Source of the DNA: an uncultured delta proteobacterium
GTDB taxonomy: Bacteria; Desulfobacterota; Binatia; Binatales; Binataceae
DNA length: 64,000 bases
Direction of reading: 5' to 3'
Assembly: GCA_963808235.1 (NCBI GenBank)
Contig: CAWEEQ010000001.1
Location: forward strand, 32,001-96,000
Shown: positions 51,059 through 60,963 of the stretch, in pieces
How positions within the stretch are numbered: the stretch's first letter is position 1
Layout of the letters: every line of letters begins with the position of its first letter
Translations under genes and position numbers: made by a program
The notes under the pieces: generated by a model
What the model was told of the DNA's origin: nothing
The model's database searches: none
What the model saw: only the letters and a program-made list of their open reading frames with translations

Positions 51059-52927
51059 TTGTGTTTGCGACGTGAATGGAACCTCCCGGCCAACTACAGG
51101 GCCGTAGTTACATTCATCGTCCTGTTCGCATGCGGTTGCGCCACCCCGGTTGGCGTAACGCGCCTCGACGAGCAGGCTGCACATCGCGAGCTCAACGCGA
51201 ATATCCTGTCTGCCGGCAGACCGAGCGACTACTCGACACAGTTTCTGGAGCGATCCGCTCTTAGCGAGCGCTTCAAAAATGACCCGCAAATAGTCCTGGC
51301 CGAGTTGTACTCCGGACTTGGCAAACCTGACGAGCACGACCGCCTGTTCGCGCTATCCGAGCTATCATTTGATTACGCGGAAGAATCGGGCAACCGATCC
51401 TACTATCTTGCTTCCGCCGTCTACGCGTACGCCTTCCTGTTCCCGGCTAATCCAGCCGACGCACCAGGTCCGTACGATCCGCGCTTGCGACTCGCGGTTG
51501 ATCTCTACAATCGGGGCATCGCCCTGGGGCTCGCGACCAAGGACGGAAAGGAAGTCGATCTCAGCGAGCGTCAACTGAGTTTGCCCTTCGGGTCGCTCAG
51601 TCTGGGAATCGAGCCGGAAGGATTCAACTACGGCGGCAATCATCTGACGAAATTCGTGTCGCTCGCGGACCTCAAGGTTCGCGGGCTCCGCAACACGTAC
51701 CGCAGGCCGGGCATCGGCGCGGCGCTTTCGGCGCGAGTCGAGCCGACGCCGGGCAGCTCTGCGAGCCAATGGATTCCGCCGAGCGCTAAGGTGCCGATCA
51801 CCGCGTTCGTGCGCTTCGACGATCCTCGCCTTGCGATGAGCAACGGGCGGCTGCACGGCACCGTGGAACTCTACGACGAGGACCGGGTGAGTTTCGTGCA
51901 CGTCGGCACTCAGTCCGTGCCGCTCGAATCCGATCCCAGCGCAGCGCTTGCCTATCGGCTGGAAGGTGCGCCGATTTGGGATTTCGAGCTCGCGGGTTTT
52001 CGCAAGGGGGACTTTTCCCTGCTGGGCGCACGCGGCGGCGACGCCAACGGGCTCTTCATGTTGCATCCATACCACCCGAACATGATTCCGGTGGTGTTCG
52101 TTCATGGTACCGCATCGAGTCCCGCGCGATGGGCCGAGATGGCGAACGAGCTGCTCGGCGATCCAGCGATCGCGTCGCGCTATCAGCTTTGGTTCTTCCT
52201 CTATAACAGCGGCAATCCGATCGTGTTGTCGGCGATGCGTTTGCGAGAATCGCTCATCGCCGTGCGCAAGGACGTCGATCCCGAGGGAAAGGACGCAGCG
52301 CTCAACCAGATGGTCGTGATCGGCCACAGCCAGGGCGGGCTTTTGACGAAAATGATGGTCGTCGATAGCGGCAACCGCTTCTGGAGCAACGTTACGTTGG
52401 TTCCGTTTGAGCAGGTGGAACTCGATCCCGAGACGCGCGACCTGGCCTCTCGCGCGATGTTCTTCAAACCGCTGCCATTCGTCACGCGCGTGATTTTCAT
52501 CGCAACGCCGCATCGTGGCAGTTACATGGCCAGCAATCCCGTAGTTAAGTTCGGAAACAAATTTATCAATTTGCCGGGCGGTCTTGCGAAGTCAGCAGTT
52601 CAGCTCGGAAATCTTCGCGAGTCCAGCATGATGGGAACTCCGTTTGTGATTCCGACCGCGCTGGACAACATGGATTCCTCCAACCGGTTCATCAAGGCGC
52701 TCTCATCGTTGCCGATCGCTCCGGGCGTGCACGCTCACTCGATAATTCCGGTGAAAGGCAGCGGGCCGGTTGACGACGGCAACGATGGAGTCGTGGAGTA
52801 CAAGAGCGCGCATATCGACGGTGTCGAATCGGAGCTGGTTGTGCGTTCGGGGCACTCGACGCAGGCCACGCCCGAGACGATCGAAGAGGTCCGCCGCATC
52901 CTCTACGAGCACGCCGGAATCCACTGA
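51059..52927 (+). CDS. Alpha/beta hydrolase (lipase-like) lipoprotein
   Basis: Lipobox-like ACGC; PVVFVHG, GHSQGG, ATPHRGS, DGVV and SGHS motifs. Confidence 0.85.
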   Translation: MCLRREWNLPANYRAVVTFIVLFACGCATPVGVTRLDEQAAHRELNANILSAGRPSDYSTQFLERSALSERFKNDPQIVLAELYSGLGKPDEHDRLFALSELSFDYAEESGNRSYYLASAVYAYAFLFPANPADAPGPYDPRLRLAVDLYNRGIALGLATKDGKEVDLSERQLSLPFGSLSLGIEPEGFNYGGNHLTKFVSLADLKVRGLRNTYRRPGIGAALSARVEPTPGSSASQWIPPSAKVPITAFVRFDDPRLAMSNGRLHGTVELYDEDRVSFVHVGTQSVPLESDPSAALAYRLEGAPIWDFELAGFRKGDFSLLGARGGDANGLFMLHPYHPNMIPVVFVHGTASSPARWAEMANELLGDPAIASRYQLWFFLYNSGNPIVLSAMRLRESLIAVRKDVDPEGKDAALNQMVVIGHSQGGLLTKMMVVDSGNRFWSNVTLVPFEQVELDPETRDLASRAMFFKPLPFVTRVIFIATPHRGSYMASNPVVKFGNKFINLPGGLAKSAVQLGNLRESSMMGTPFVIPTALDNMDSSNRFIKALSSLPIAPGVHAHSIIPVKGSGPVDDGNDGVVEYKSAHIDGVESELVVRSGHSTQATPETIEEVRRILYEHAGIH

Positions 52928-53931
52928 TGCTGGGGCGCGCATTCCGCTTGATCGCGACGCTGATGTTGTCGGCGATCGTCGTCGCGGCAGTCGCCTGGGC
53001 GGTGATGGCAATCTGGATCGACGGGCCGCATTCGCGCATCCTTGCGGCGCCGATGGCCGCTGGACTGGCCATTGTCAGCATCATCCTTGCGGCGATCGTT
53101 CGCCCATTGCCGAGAGGTCTTGTGGTTGCGCTATTTCCGGTGATCGTCGTCGCGCTTTGGTGGACCTCGATGCCGCCGAGCAATACGCGCGACTGGACTC
53201 CTGACGTAGCCCGCACATCGCGCGCAACTTTTCACGGCAGCCGTGTGACGATCGAGAACCTTCGAAATTTCAACTACCGATCCGAAGCCGACTACGATCA
53301 GCGCTGGGAGACGGGGACCTACGACCTCGATCGGATCAAAGGCGTGGACCTGTTTCTATCGTTCTGGGGACCGACTGAAATCGCGCATACGATCGTGAGC
53401 TGGGATTTCGAGGATGGCCAACACCTCGCCATCTCGATCGAGACTCGCAAAGAGAAGGGCGAATCCTACTCTGCACTTCGTGGGTTCTTCCACCAGTACG
53501 AGCTCTACTACGTAGTCGCCGACGAACGCGATCTGATCGGATTAAGAACCAACTACCGCGGCGAGCAAGTTTATCTGTACCGTCTCCGCGCTGGTCCCGG
53601 GCAGGCGAGGGCGTTGCTGGTCGACTACCTCGAGGAAGTGAATCGCCTGGCAGACCGTCCTGAGTGGTACAACGGATTGACCCGGAACTGCACGACGACA
53701 ATTCGAGGCCATGCGCAAAACGTCGGCGCCACGGGCAATCTCGACTGGCGGATGCTCGCTAACGGGCACCTTGATGAACTCCTCTACGAGCGCGGCCAGA
53801 TCGACACGAGCGTGCCGTTCGCAGATCTTCGAGCGCGCAGCAACATCACAGAAAAAGCAAAAGCCGCCGACGACTCTCCAGATTTTTCCGCCCGCATCCG
53901 CGAGGGACTACCCGCAAACCGCGGCTCCTAA
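52927..53931 (+). CDS. DUF4105 / Lnb N-terminal-domain-like membrane protein
   Basis: Three N-terminal TMs; IAHTIVSW (His), SIETRKE and YNGLTRNCTT (Cys) motifs; 1-nt overlap with the hydrolase stop. Confidence 0.8.
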   Translation: MLGRAFRLIATLMLSAIVVAAVAWAVMAIWIDGPHSRILAAPMAAGLAIVSIILAAIVRPLPRGLVVALFPVIVVALWWTSMPPSNTRDWTPDVARTSRATFHGSRVTIENLRNFNYRSEADYDQRWETGTYDLDRIKGVDLFLSFWGPTEIAHTIVSWDFEDGQHLAISIETRKEKGESYSALRGFFHQYELYYVVADERDLIGLRTNYRGEQVYLYRLRAGPGQARALLVDYLEEVNRLADRPEWYNGLTRNCTTTIRGHAQNVGATGNLDWRMLANGHLDELLYERGQIDTSVPFADLRARSNITEKAKAADDSPDFSARIREGLPANRGS

Positions 53932-54432
53932 TCCGCACGCAGACTGTTCAAGACTCCGCTCGTGCTAATGAGTCCGACTTTCATGATGCTTTCGAGCGTG
54001 CCGACCCCAGGAGAAAGCCCACACGGCGGAACCTGTTTCTGGGGGGAGGGGGACAGAAAGCGGTGCTCCGGCCGTGTGGGCGATTGTTTTCGGCACAATG
54101 ACTCAAAATCGACGCCGTCTCCGCTTCGAAAGGCGTGAGAAGTGACCGCACAAATGAACCGGAGACGTGTGTCTTGATCGGAAAAGAGCGCGGGCAAGGA
54201 CCGTGCCGAGACCAAATCTACCGCTCTGTGTGCGACCGGGCCGCTCATCATTCGCCGATCTTGTCAGCAAAGCGCCAAAGGAGCATCTTGATCTTCGCGA
54301 ACCAAGTCATCTTGGGAACGTCGGCCAGCATCGGCCCTTACTGACGCCCCAATAACACTGTCGGCTGCATTTGCAGATAGCGTCGGCGGATTCGTCGCCG
54401 CCCGTTGGTCTCTGGTAGGAATTGGGGGCGAG

Positions 54433-55902
54433 ATGGTCGTTACCGGAACATACGATCCCTACCTCGTTGCGCTGTCCATCTTGGTCGCCTGCTTCGCGTC
54501 TTATACCGCCCTCGATCTCAGTGGGCACGTTGGACCCGCGCGGGGATTTGGGCGTCGCGTGTGGCTGGTGGCTGCCGCGTTCACAATGGGCGGCGGAATA
54601 TGGTCGATGCACTTCGTCGCCATGCTCGCGTTCATCATGCCGACACCGATGTCCTACGACATCGGATTGACCATCCTTTCGCTGGTGGTGGCGATCTTCG
54701 TAACCGGCGTCAGCTTTTACGTCATTAGTCGCCGGGGCTCGACTCCGCAACGCCTCGTTCTTAGCGGTATATTCATGGGACTTGGCATTGCCGGGATGCA
54801 TTACACCGGCATGGCGGCAATGCGGGGGCACGTCGAACTCAGCTACGACCGGCTATTCGTAGCGCTCTCCATAGTCATAGCGATCGGCGCGTCGACGGTG
54901 GCACTATGGGTGGCATTCCGAACCACAGATCTTGGGCAAAAGCTCGTGGCCGCGATGGTCATGGGCTTGGCTATTTCCGGCATGCACTACACCGGAATGA
55001 GAGCGGCCATTTTTACCGCTCACGGCCCGGTTCACGAGGCCCAGGTAGACGCAGTAGACGCGAGTATTGATCAAACCAACCTGGCGCTGGCGATTGCCGG
55101 CATTACATTTGTCATGCTGGCCTTCGCGTCGGTCGCCTCCCTCTTCGAGCGTCAGCGCGCCGAAGAAGCACTTCGTCAGGCGCAAGCTGAACTCGCGCAC
55201 GTCACCCGCGTCATGACTCTGGGAGAGCTAACCGCCTCAATCTCCCACGAAGTCAATCAGCCGATCGCCGCGATCGTCACCAACGGCCAGATTTGCCTGC
55301 GATTGCTCGGGCTCGAAACGCCACGACCAGACGACATGCGAGCCACCGTCGAGCGCATCGTCAGGGACGGCAATCGAGCGAGCGAGGTGATCCAGCGGAT
55401 TCGTGCACTCGCCAAAAGAAGCGAGCCGCAGATGGTATCGCTGGATATCAACGACGTCATCCACGAGGCTGTCCTCCTGGTGCGGCGTGAGGTGCTCAGC
55501 CATGGGGTGTCTCTGCGGACGGAACTCGCATCCGGATTGCCACATGTTCTCGGCGATCGGGTCCAGCTGCAGCAAGTGGTTATCAACCTATTGATAAACG
55601 GCGTTGAAGCAATGGCGCCAATCACCGATCGGCCCCATGTGATCCTTATTCGATCGCAGCTGCACGAAACCGGTCAGGTGTATGTGGCGGTCCAGGACTC
55701 CGGCATCGGGATTGACTCCAAGACCGCAGAAAAGCTGTTCAGCGCTTTTTTCACCACCAAGCCAAGCGGCATGGGAATGGGACTGTCGATCAGCAATTCG
55801 ATCATCAGGGCCCACGGTGGCAGATTGTGGGCATCGCCAAACCCGGATCACGGCGCGGCTTTTCAATTCACCGTACCGACCAGCGGCCAGGGCTTATCGT
55901 GA
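54433..55902 (+). CDS. MHYT-domain sensor histidine kinase (FixL/NodV-type core)
   Basis: MHF, MHYT and MHYT repeats; SISHEVNQP H-box; N, DSGIG, FFTTK and GMGMGL boxes. Confidence 0.93.
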   Translation: MVVTGTYDPYLVALSILVACFASYTALDLSGHVGPARGFGRRVWLVAAAFTMGGGIWSMHFVAMLAFIMPTPMSYDIGLTILSLVVAIFVTGVSFYVISRRGSTPQRLVLSGIFMGLGIAGMHYTGMAAMRGHVELSYDRLFVALSIVIAIGASTVALWVAFRTTDLGQKLVAAMVMGLAISGMHYTGMRAAIFTAHGPVHEAQVDAVDASIDQTNLALAIAGITFVMLAFASVASLFERQRAEEALRQAQAELAHVTRVMTLGELTASISHEVNQPIAAIVTNGQICLRLLGLETPRPDDMRATVERIVRDGNRASEVIQRIRALAKRSEPQMVSLDINDVIHEAVLLVRREVLSHGVSLRTELASGLPHVLGDRVQLQQVVINLLINGVEAMAPITDRPHVILIRSQLHETGQVYVAVQDSGIGIDSKTAEKLFSAFFTTKPSGMGMGLSISNSIIRAHGGRLWASPNPDHGAAFQFTVPTSGQGLS

Positions 55903-56543
55903 AGGACGCCGACGCTGTCGTCTTCGTGGTCGACGATGATTCGTCGATTCGGGAGGCCATCAAGAATCTCATCAGCTTGGAGGGACTACGTGTCGAGGCT
56001 TTCGGAACCGCGCAAGAATTTCTGCGAAGCGAGCGACCGGACGCGCCCGGATGCGTGGTGCTCGATGTGGAGCTACCCGGCTTGAGCGGCCTCGATCTGC
56101 AGAGCGAACTTGCCGCGCATGGGATCAAACTTCCGATCATCTTCATCACCGGTTACGGCGACGTCCCGATGTCGGTGCGCGCCATGAAAGCTGGGGCGCT
56201 GGAATTCCTTACCAAGCCCTTCCGCGATCAGGATCTTCTGAACGCGATTTATCAAGCCCTTGAGCGCGACCGCGCCCAGCGCGAGCACTCCAGGGAAATT
56301 ACGGAACTGCGCGAGCGTTTCGAGGCGCTGACATCACGCGAGAGAGAAGTGATGAGTCTGGTCGTAGCCGGCTGGCTCAACAAGCAAATCGGCTTCGAGT
56401 TGGAGATCAGCGAGATCACAGTCAAAATTCATCGTGGCCGGGTTATGAATAAAATGGGCGCACAGTCGCTGGCCGAGCTGGTCCGGATGACAGAAAGGCT
56501 TGAGATCCCGAAGGCCAAGGATCAATCCGCCAAAAGCAGGTAA
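55899..56543 (+). CDS. FixJ/NodW-type response regulator (REC plus LuxR HTH)
   Basis: VVDDD, LDV, ITG, KP and LTSREREV..NKQI..TVKIHRG motifs; GTGA overlap with the kinase. Confidence 0.93.
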   Translation: MKDADAVVFVVDDDSSIREAIKNLISLEGLRVEAFGTAQEFLRSERPDAPGCVVLDVELPGLSGLDLQSELAAHGIKLPIIFITGYGDVPMSVRAMKAGALEFLTKPFRDQDLLNAIYQALERDRAQREHSREITELRERFEALTSREREVMSLVVAGWLNKQIGFELEISEITVKIHRGRVMNKMGAQSLAELVRMTERLEIPKAKDQSAKSR

Positions 56544-56612
56544 TACCAACGTATAACTAGTTTTCGATCCGCGGGCGGGAATACATTTCCTTTCGGAAGT
56601 TGATTTCCCGCT

Positions 56613-56996
56613 ATGAACGCTCCGAAAAAAAATACTTCCCAGGCGCTCATCGCGATCGTCGACGACGATCAATCTTTCCGCGAAGCTCTCGGGACTTTGC
56701 TGAAGTTGATCGGGTTCCGTACGGCGATCTTCGCCTCGGCCCGCAATTTTCTCAACTCCCCTCAATTTCGAAACGTGTCCTGCGCGATCCTCGACGTCTC
56801 CATGCCTGAGATGGACGGCCTCGAGCTGCAACGGCATCTGGTCGCGAAGCATCCCATCCCCATCATCTTCATCACGGATCTCCGGGACGCAAAGACACGA
56901 GAGCAGGCCGTGCAGGCGGGAGCGATTAGCTTCTTGAACAAGCCTGTTAGCGAAGAGACTTTGATCGACGCTCTGAACTCGGCGCTTCGCGCCTGA
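56613..56996 (+). CDS. Single-domain response regulator
   Basis: IVDDD, LDVSMPEMDG and FLNKP motifs. Confidence 0.9.
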   Translation: MNAPKKNTSQALIAIVDDDQSFREALGTLLKLIGFRTAIFASARNFLNSPQFRNVSCAILDVSMPEMDGLELQRHLVAKHPIPIIFITDLRDAKTREQAVQAGAISFLNKPVSEETLIDALNSALRA

Positions 56997-57095
56997 AGAG
57001 TAACGAGACTGGCGGCATCGATGGGTTAAGCGTCCGAGAAAATCCGCGCACTGGGCCTCCTGCTTGGACGCCTTGCAACAGGAGAGGGCAATCGG

Positions 57096-60000
57096 ATGGA
57101 AACGCAGACTCAGCATCGTGAAGCTGTCGAAACCGATGTGGCAACCTTCCAAAGCGCCTCCTTGCCCGAGCAAGCGATCTTCCGCAAAGAGGGCGAGTAC
57201 TGGACTATAGGCTACAGCAGGAACTCCTTTCGTCTGAAGGACACCAAGGGACTCGGGTACCTCGCCCATCTGCTGCGTCATCCCGGGGTCGAATTTCACG
57301 TGCTCGATCTGGCCGGGGGAATCGCGGGCCAGCGCGATGATGACGAAACCGGTCAGTCCGCGCGCGGCTTGCAGCGCGGCGATGAGGATCTCGAAAAGGC
57401 CGGCATTCATATCACGAGTCTGGGTGACGCGGGCGAGATGCTCGACGAGCAGGCCAAGGCCGAGTACCGGCGCAGACTCTCCGAGTTGCGCGAAGAACTG
57501 GAGGAGGCGAAGGGACTCGGAAACGTCGAGCGCGCAGAGCAGGCAGAACAAGAGATCGACGCGCTCACCTCTGAACTATCGCGCGCAGTGGGACTCGGTG
57601 GACGGAGTCGCCGGGCATCGTCAGCTTCGGAACGGGCCCGGCAGAGCATCGCCAAAACGATCAAGTCGGTGCTGGACAGAATCGCGCAGCGCGATGCGAT
57701 GCTGGGGGATTTTTTGTCGCGATCCATAAGGACGGGCAACTTCTGCTCTTACCAGCCTGATCCTGATTTTTCGATTGCGTGGAAATTCGACGCGACGGTT
57801 GTTGAGTCAGAGCAGCCCGGTTCGAGCGGCGATCCGGCTCCAGCGCGCGCCGATCACCCGCCGGTCGGGCCCGTGATACTAGAGGTTTCGCCCGCCTCGC
57901 TGGCGGAACGAACTGCGTTTGTGGGGCGCGAAGCTGAAGGCAATGCAATTCGCGCGGTCATCGATCGCGCGCTCGGCGGCCAGGGAGCAGTGGTCATGCT
58001 CGGGGGCGGGCCTGGCGTGGGCAAGAGCCGGCTGGCGATGGAGATGGCGGACTATGCGTCGCGGGTGGGCTTCATGTGCCGCGTCGGGCACTGCTATGAA
58101 AGAGACGAGCCGGTTCCTTTTCTACCCTTCGTCGAGATCATCGAAAGCGGTCTGGCTCAAGCGGCGAGCCTAGATGACTTTCGTCGGCGAATGGGGGATA
58201 GCGCGCCCGAACTGGCTCAGATCGTTCCGAGCCTTCGGCGCGTTTTTCCGGATATTCCGCCACCATTGGATCTGCCGCCCGCGCAGAGACGCCGCTATCT
58301 TTTCCAAAGCATCTCGGAAGGACTGGGCCGCGCAGCTCGAACCCGTTCGTGCGTCTTCATACTCGAAGACCTTCATTGGGCCGACGAATCGACGCTGGCG
58401 CTCCTGATTCATCTGGCCAATCGCGTTGCCCAACTCCCAGTCGTAATTATCGGGACCTACCGCAGCGAATATTCGGATACCAATCCGGCGTTGGTCAGAA
58501 CTCTGGAAGAGCTGATTCGGATGGGTGTCCGTCCGATGAAACTGGGCGGTCTCTCAAAGGACGCTATCGCGCAGATGCTCGATGGCCTTAGCGAGCGCCA
58601 GGCTCCCGAAAGTCTGGTGAGTCTCATCTACGAGGAAAGCCAGGGATTTCCATTCTTCGTCGAGGAGGTGTACCGGCATCTGGTCGAAGAGGGAAAGGTC
58701 TTCGATGCGGCCGGCGAGTTCCGCAACGACATCAAGATTGCCGAGACCGACGTGCCGGAAAACGTACGGTTGATCATCGGCCGCCGCCTGGAGCGGCTCG
58801 ACGAGAATGAAAAGCACGCGCTGGCGGCTGCCGCACTGATCGGGCGCAGTTTCAGCTTTCGACTCTTGACTGCGGTCAGCCAAATCGACGTTGATGAACT
58901 CTTCACTGCCATCGAGAAGGCGCAGCAGATGGGAATTATCATCTCCAGCGCCGAGGGACCGGAGCGACCGTTCACCTTCGCCCACGAACTCGTCCGCCAG
59001 ACGCTACTTGCAACCATCTCGGGTCCTCGACGACAGCAACTGCACGCCGGCGTAGCGGACGCGATCGAGCGGCTCTATCCCGATGCCGTCAGCGAGCATG
59101 CCGGAGACATCGCGAACCATCTACTCAAGGCCGGATCGTTCGGTGACGGCGGAAAATTGGTCCACTATCTGACGCTGGCTGGCAAGGGTGCACTTGAGGC
59201 TGCGGCATTTGAAGAAGCGCGCCGCAGTTTCCGGACCGCTCTGTCGCACCCAGGCGCCGTTGACAAGGGGGTAAGGACTGAACTGCTGGGGAGCCTTGCG
59301 ATGGCAGAGCGAGGACTTGATCGATGGGACATGGTGGTGGCCAATCTCCATGAGGCGCTCGATATCTACGTCCATCTCGGCGATCGAAAGACAATCGTGA
59401 GGACCGTCAACGAGTTAACCGAGGCGCTTTTCTGGGTCGGTCGGTTCCAGGAAGCAATCGAAACAGCTCAGCGCGGGCTTACGTACCTTCCGGAAGGTGT
59501 TAGCGTTGACCGGGCGCGTCTTTTCGCTACCCTCGGGCAGGCCCGCGCCGCGGCCGGAGAGTATGAGCCGGCGAGCGAGGCGCTGCGCGAGGCGCTGAGC
59601 ATCGCCTCGCAGCTCTCGAATTCGAAGCTCGTAGCCGGATTGCTCGGTGCACGGACCGTAGTAAATTTCCATTTCTTTCGCTTGAAAGAGGCAGCCGCAG
59701 ACGGCTTCCGCAGCGAACAACTGGGTGGATCGGACCTGCCTCCCTGGCTGCGCGCCCTACAGTTGCTTTCCCTGCATCTGGCATTGCTGGATCTTGGGCG
59801 CCTGGAAGAGGCGCTGAGAATCGCGGACGACCTTGAACCGCTGGCGAGGAAAATTGGGCACTCTCTCTCGGTCGCGTTCTGCCTTAGCACGCGAGCTTGG
59901 ATGGATTTTGGTGGAACGCCGGACCTGGCCAAGCTGGAAGCCGGCTTTCAGCGAGTGCGGAAATCTGATCAGGAGGCATCGTTTGCCCTCCTGGAAGTTC

Positions 60001-60650
60001 TGTCCGAGGCGCAACTAAGTCTGCTGGATTTCTTTCGCGGAAACTGGACCAGCGCTCTGTTGCATGCCCAAGCCTCGCGCCGCCCCGGGCCGGGGAGGTC
60101 TATGGAGGGGTTCGGCGTCGGAACCCTTTTTCGACAGCTGACTTATGCAGGCGATCGCAGGGGCGCGCTTGCAATCCTTGATGAAAAGCGCGCGCTTCTG
60201 CCTCGTAGCGGCCAGCCGAACAGCATAGGTGCGTGGTGGATGCTCGCGCTGGTGATTGAAGGCCTCGTCATGCTCGGCGAACAATCGCGAGCCGCGGAGC
60301 TTCACCCACTTGCTTGTGAGTTAATGGCCACTGGAGCGGTGGTGCTATGGCCGATTTACCGCTTCACGCATACGATTGCGGGTCTCGCCGCGGCAGCGGC
60401 GCATCAATGGGAAGCCGCTGAAGATCATTTTCAGACCGCGATGCAACAGGCTGAGTCCTTTCCCGACCGCCTCGAACAAACTGACATCCGCCGCTTCCAC
60501 GCAATGATGCTACTTGATCGCGCCGCTCTGGGTGATCGCAAAAAGGCGCAAACGTTGCTCCGCGAAGCGCTGAAGACCTACACGGAGATTGGAATGCCCA
60601 GGCACATCGAGATGACACAGACTCTCCTCGGCCAGGCCACTGGCGCATAG
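57096..60650 (+). CDS. STAND-class AAA ATPase regulator with an N-terminal wHTH-like/coiled-coil module and C-terminal TPR-like repeats
   Basis: FVGRE, Walker A GGPGVGKS, Walker B ILEDLHWAD, GFPFF and FTFAHELVRQTL motifs. Confidence 0.88.
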   Translation: METQTQHREAVETDVATFQSASLPEQAIFRKEGEYWTIGYSRNSFRLKDTKGLGYLAHLLRHPGVEFHVLDLAGGIAGQRDDDETGQSARGLQRGDEDLEKAGIHITSLGDAGEMLDEQAKAEYRRRLSELREELEEAKGLGNVERAEQAEQEIDALTSELSRAVGLGGRSRRASSASERARQSIAKTIKSVLDRIAQRDAMLGDFLSRSIRTGNFCSYQPDPDFSIAWKFDATVVESEQPGSSGDPAPARADHPPVGPVILEVSPASLAERTAFVGREAEGNAIRAVIDRALGGQGAVVMLGGGPGVGKSRLAMEMADYASRVGFMCRVGHCYERDEPVPFLPFVEIIESGLAQAASLDDFRRRMGDSAPELAQIVPSLRRVFPDIPPPLDLPPAQRRRYLFQSISEGLGRAARTRSCVFILEDLHWADESTLALLIHLANRVAQLPVVIIGTYRSEYSDTNPALVRTLEELIRMGVRPMKLGGLSKDAIAQMLDGLSERQAPESLVSLIYEESQGFPFFVEEVYRHLVEEGKVFDAAGEFRNDIKIAETDVPENVRLIIGRRLERLDENEKHALAAAALIGRSFSFRLLTAVSQIDVDELFTAIEKAQQMGIIISSAEGPERPFTFAHELVRQTLLATISGPRRQQLHAGVADAIERLYPDAVSEHAGDIANHLLKAGSFGDGGKLVHYLTLAGKGALEAAAFEEARRSFRTALSHPGAVDKGVRTELLGSLAMAERGLDRWDMVVANLHEALDIYVHLGDRKTIVRTVNELTEALFWVGRFQEAIETAQRGLTYLPEGVSVDRARLFATLGQARAAAGEYEPASEALREALSIASQLSNSKLVAGLLGARTVVNFHFFRLKEAAADGFRSEQLGGSDLPPWLRALQLLSLHLALLDLGRLEEALRIADDLEPLARKIGHSLSVAFCLSTRAWMDFGGTPDLAKLEAGFQRVRKSDQEASFALLEVLSEAQLSLLDFFRGNWTSALLHAQASRRPGPGRSMEGFGVGTLFRQLTYAGDRRGALAILDEKRALLPRSGQPNSIGAWWMLALVIEGLVMLGEQSRAAELHPLACELMATGAVVLWPIYRFTHTIAGLAAAAAHQWEAAEDHFQTAMQQAESFPDRLEQTDIRRFHAMMLLDRAALGDRKKAQTLLREALKTYTEIGMPRHIEMTQTLLGQATGA

Positions 60651-60903
60651 CACCGCGATCTGGAGTCTGCTTGATGCGGGCTTGTCAGCGCCGTCGCGCA
60701 TCGGGCTGCAAATCCGATAAAGAACGCGCGCAGCGCAAGGCCAACCCCACGATTGCGCGCGCGGCGGCACCGATGCCGTTGAAGACAGGCAATTCCAAAA
60801 GAGTTTATTCTGGTCTTAGCCTTTCTCCTCGGAAATCAGCGGACTGACCCAACGGAATTGCACAATGCGACAAATTTCGCGAAACGCGAGCTCGTCCGAG
60901 TCC

Positions 60904-60932
60904 TTGACTTTAGTTAGCAACTAAACTATTTA
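60904..60932 (+). promoter_or_regulatory. Sigma70-type promoter with a palindromic operator (candidate MarR site)
   Basis: TTGACT-N17-TATTTA; perfect inverted repeat TTTAGTT-AGC-AACTAAA at 60909-60925. Confidence 0.65.
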
Positions 60933-60963
60933 TGGCATAACTATCGCATTGGAGATAATCGTC

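Noticed and set aside
57096-60650. Avs-type antiphage STAND system
   Set aside because: No nuclease, SIR2, TIR or protease effector motif; the ATPase resembles MalT/AAA_16 regulators and the context is signalling
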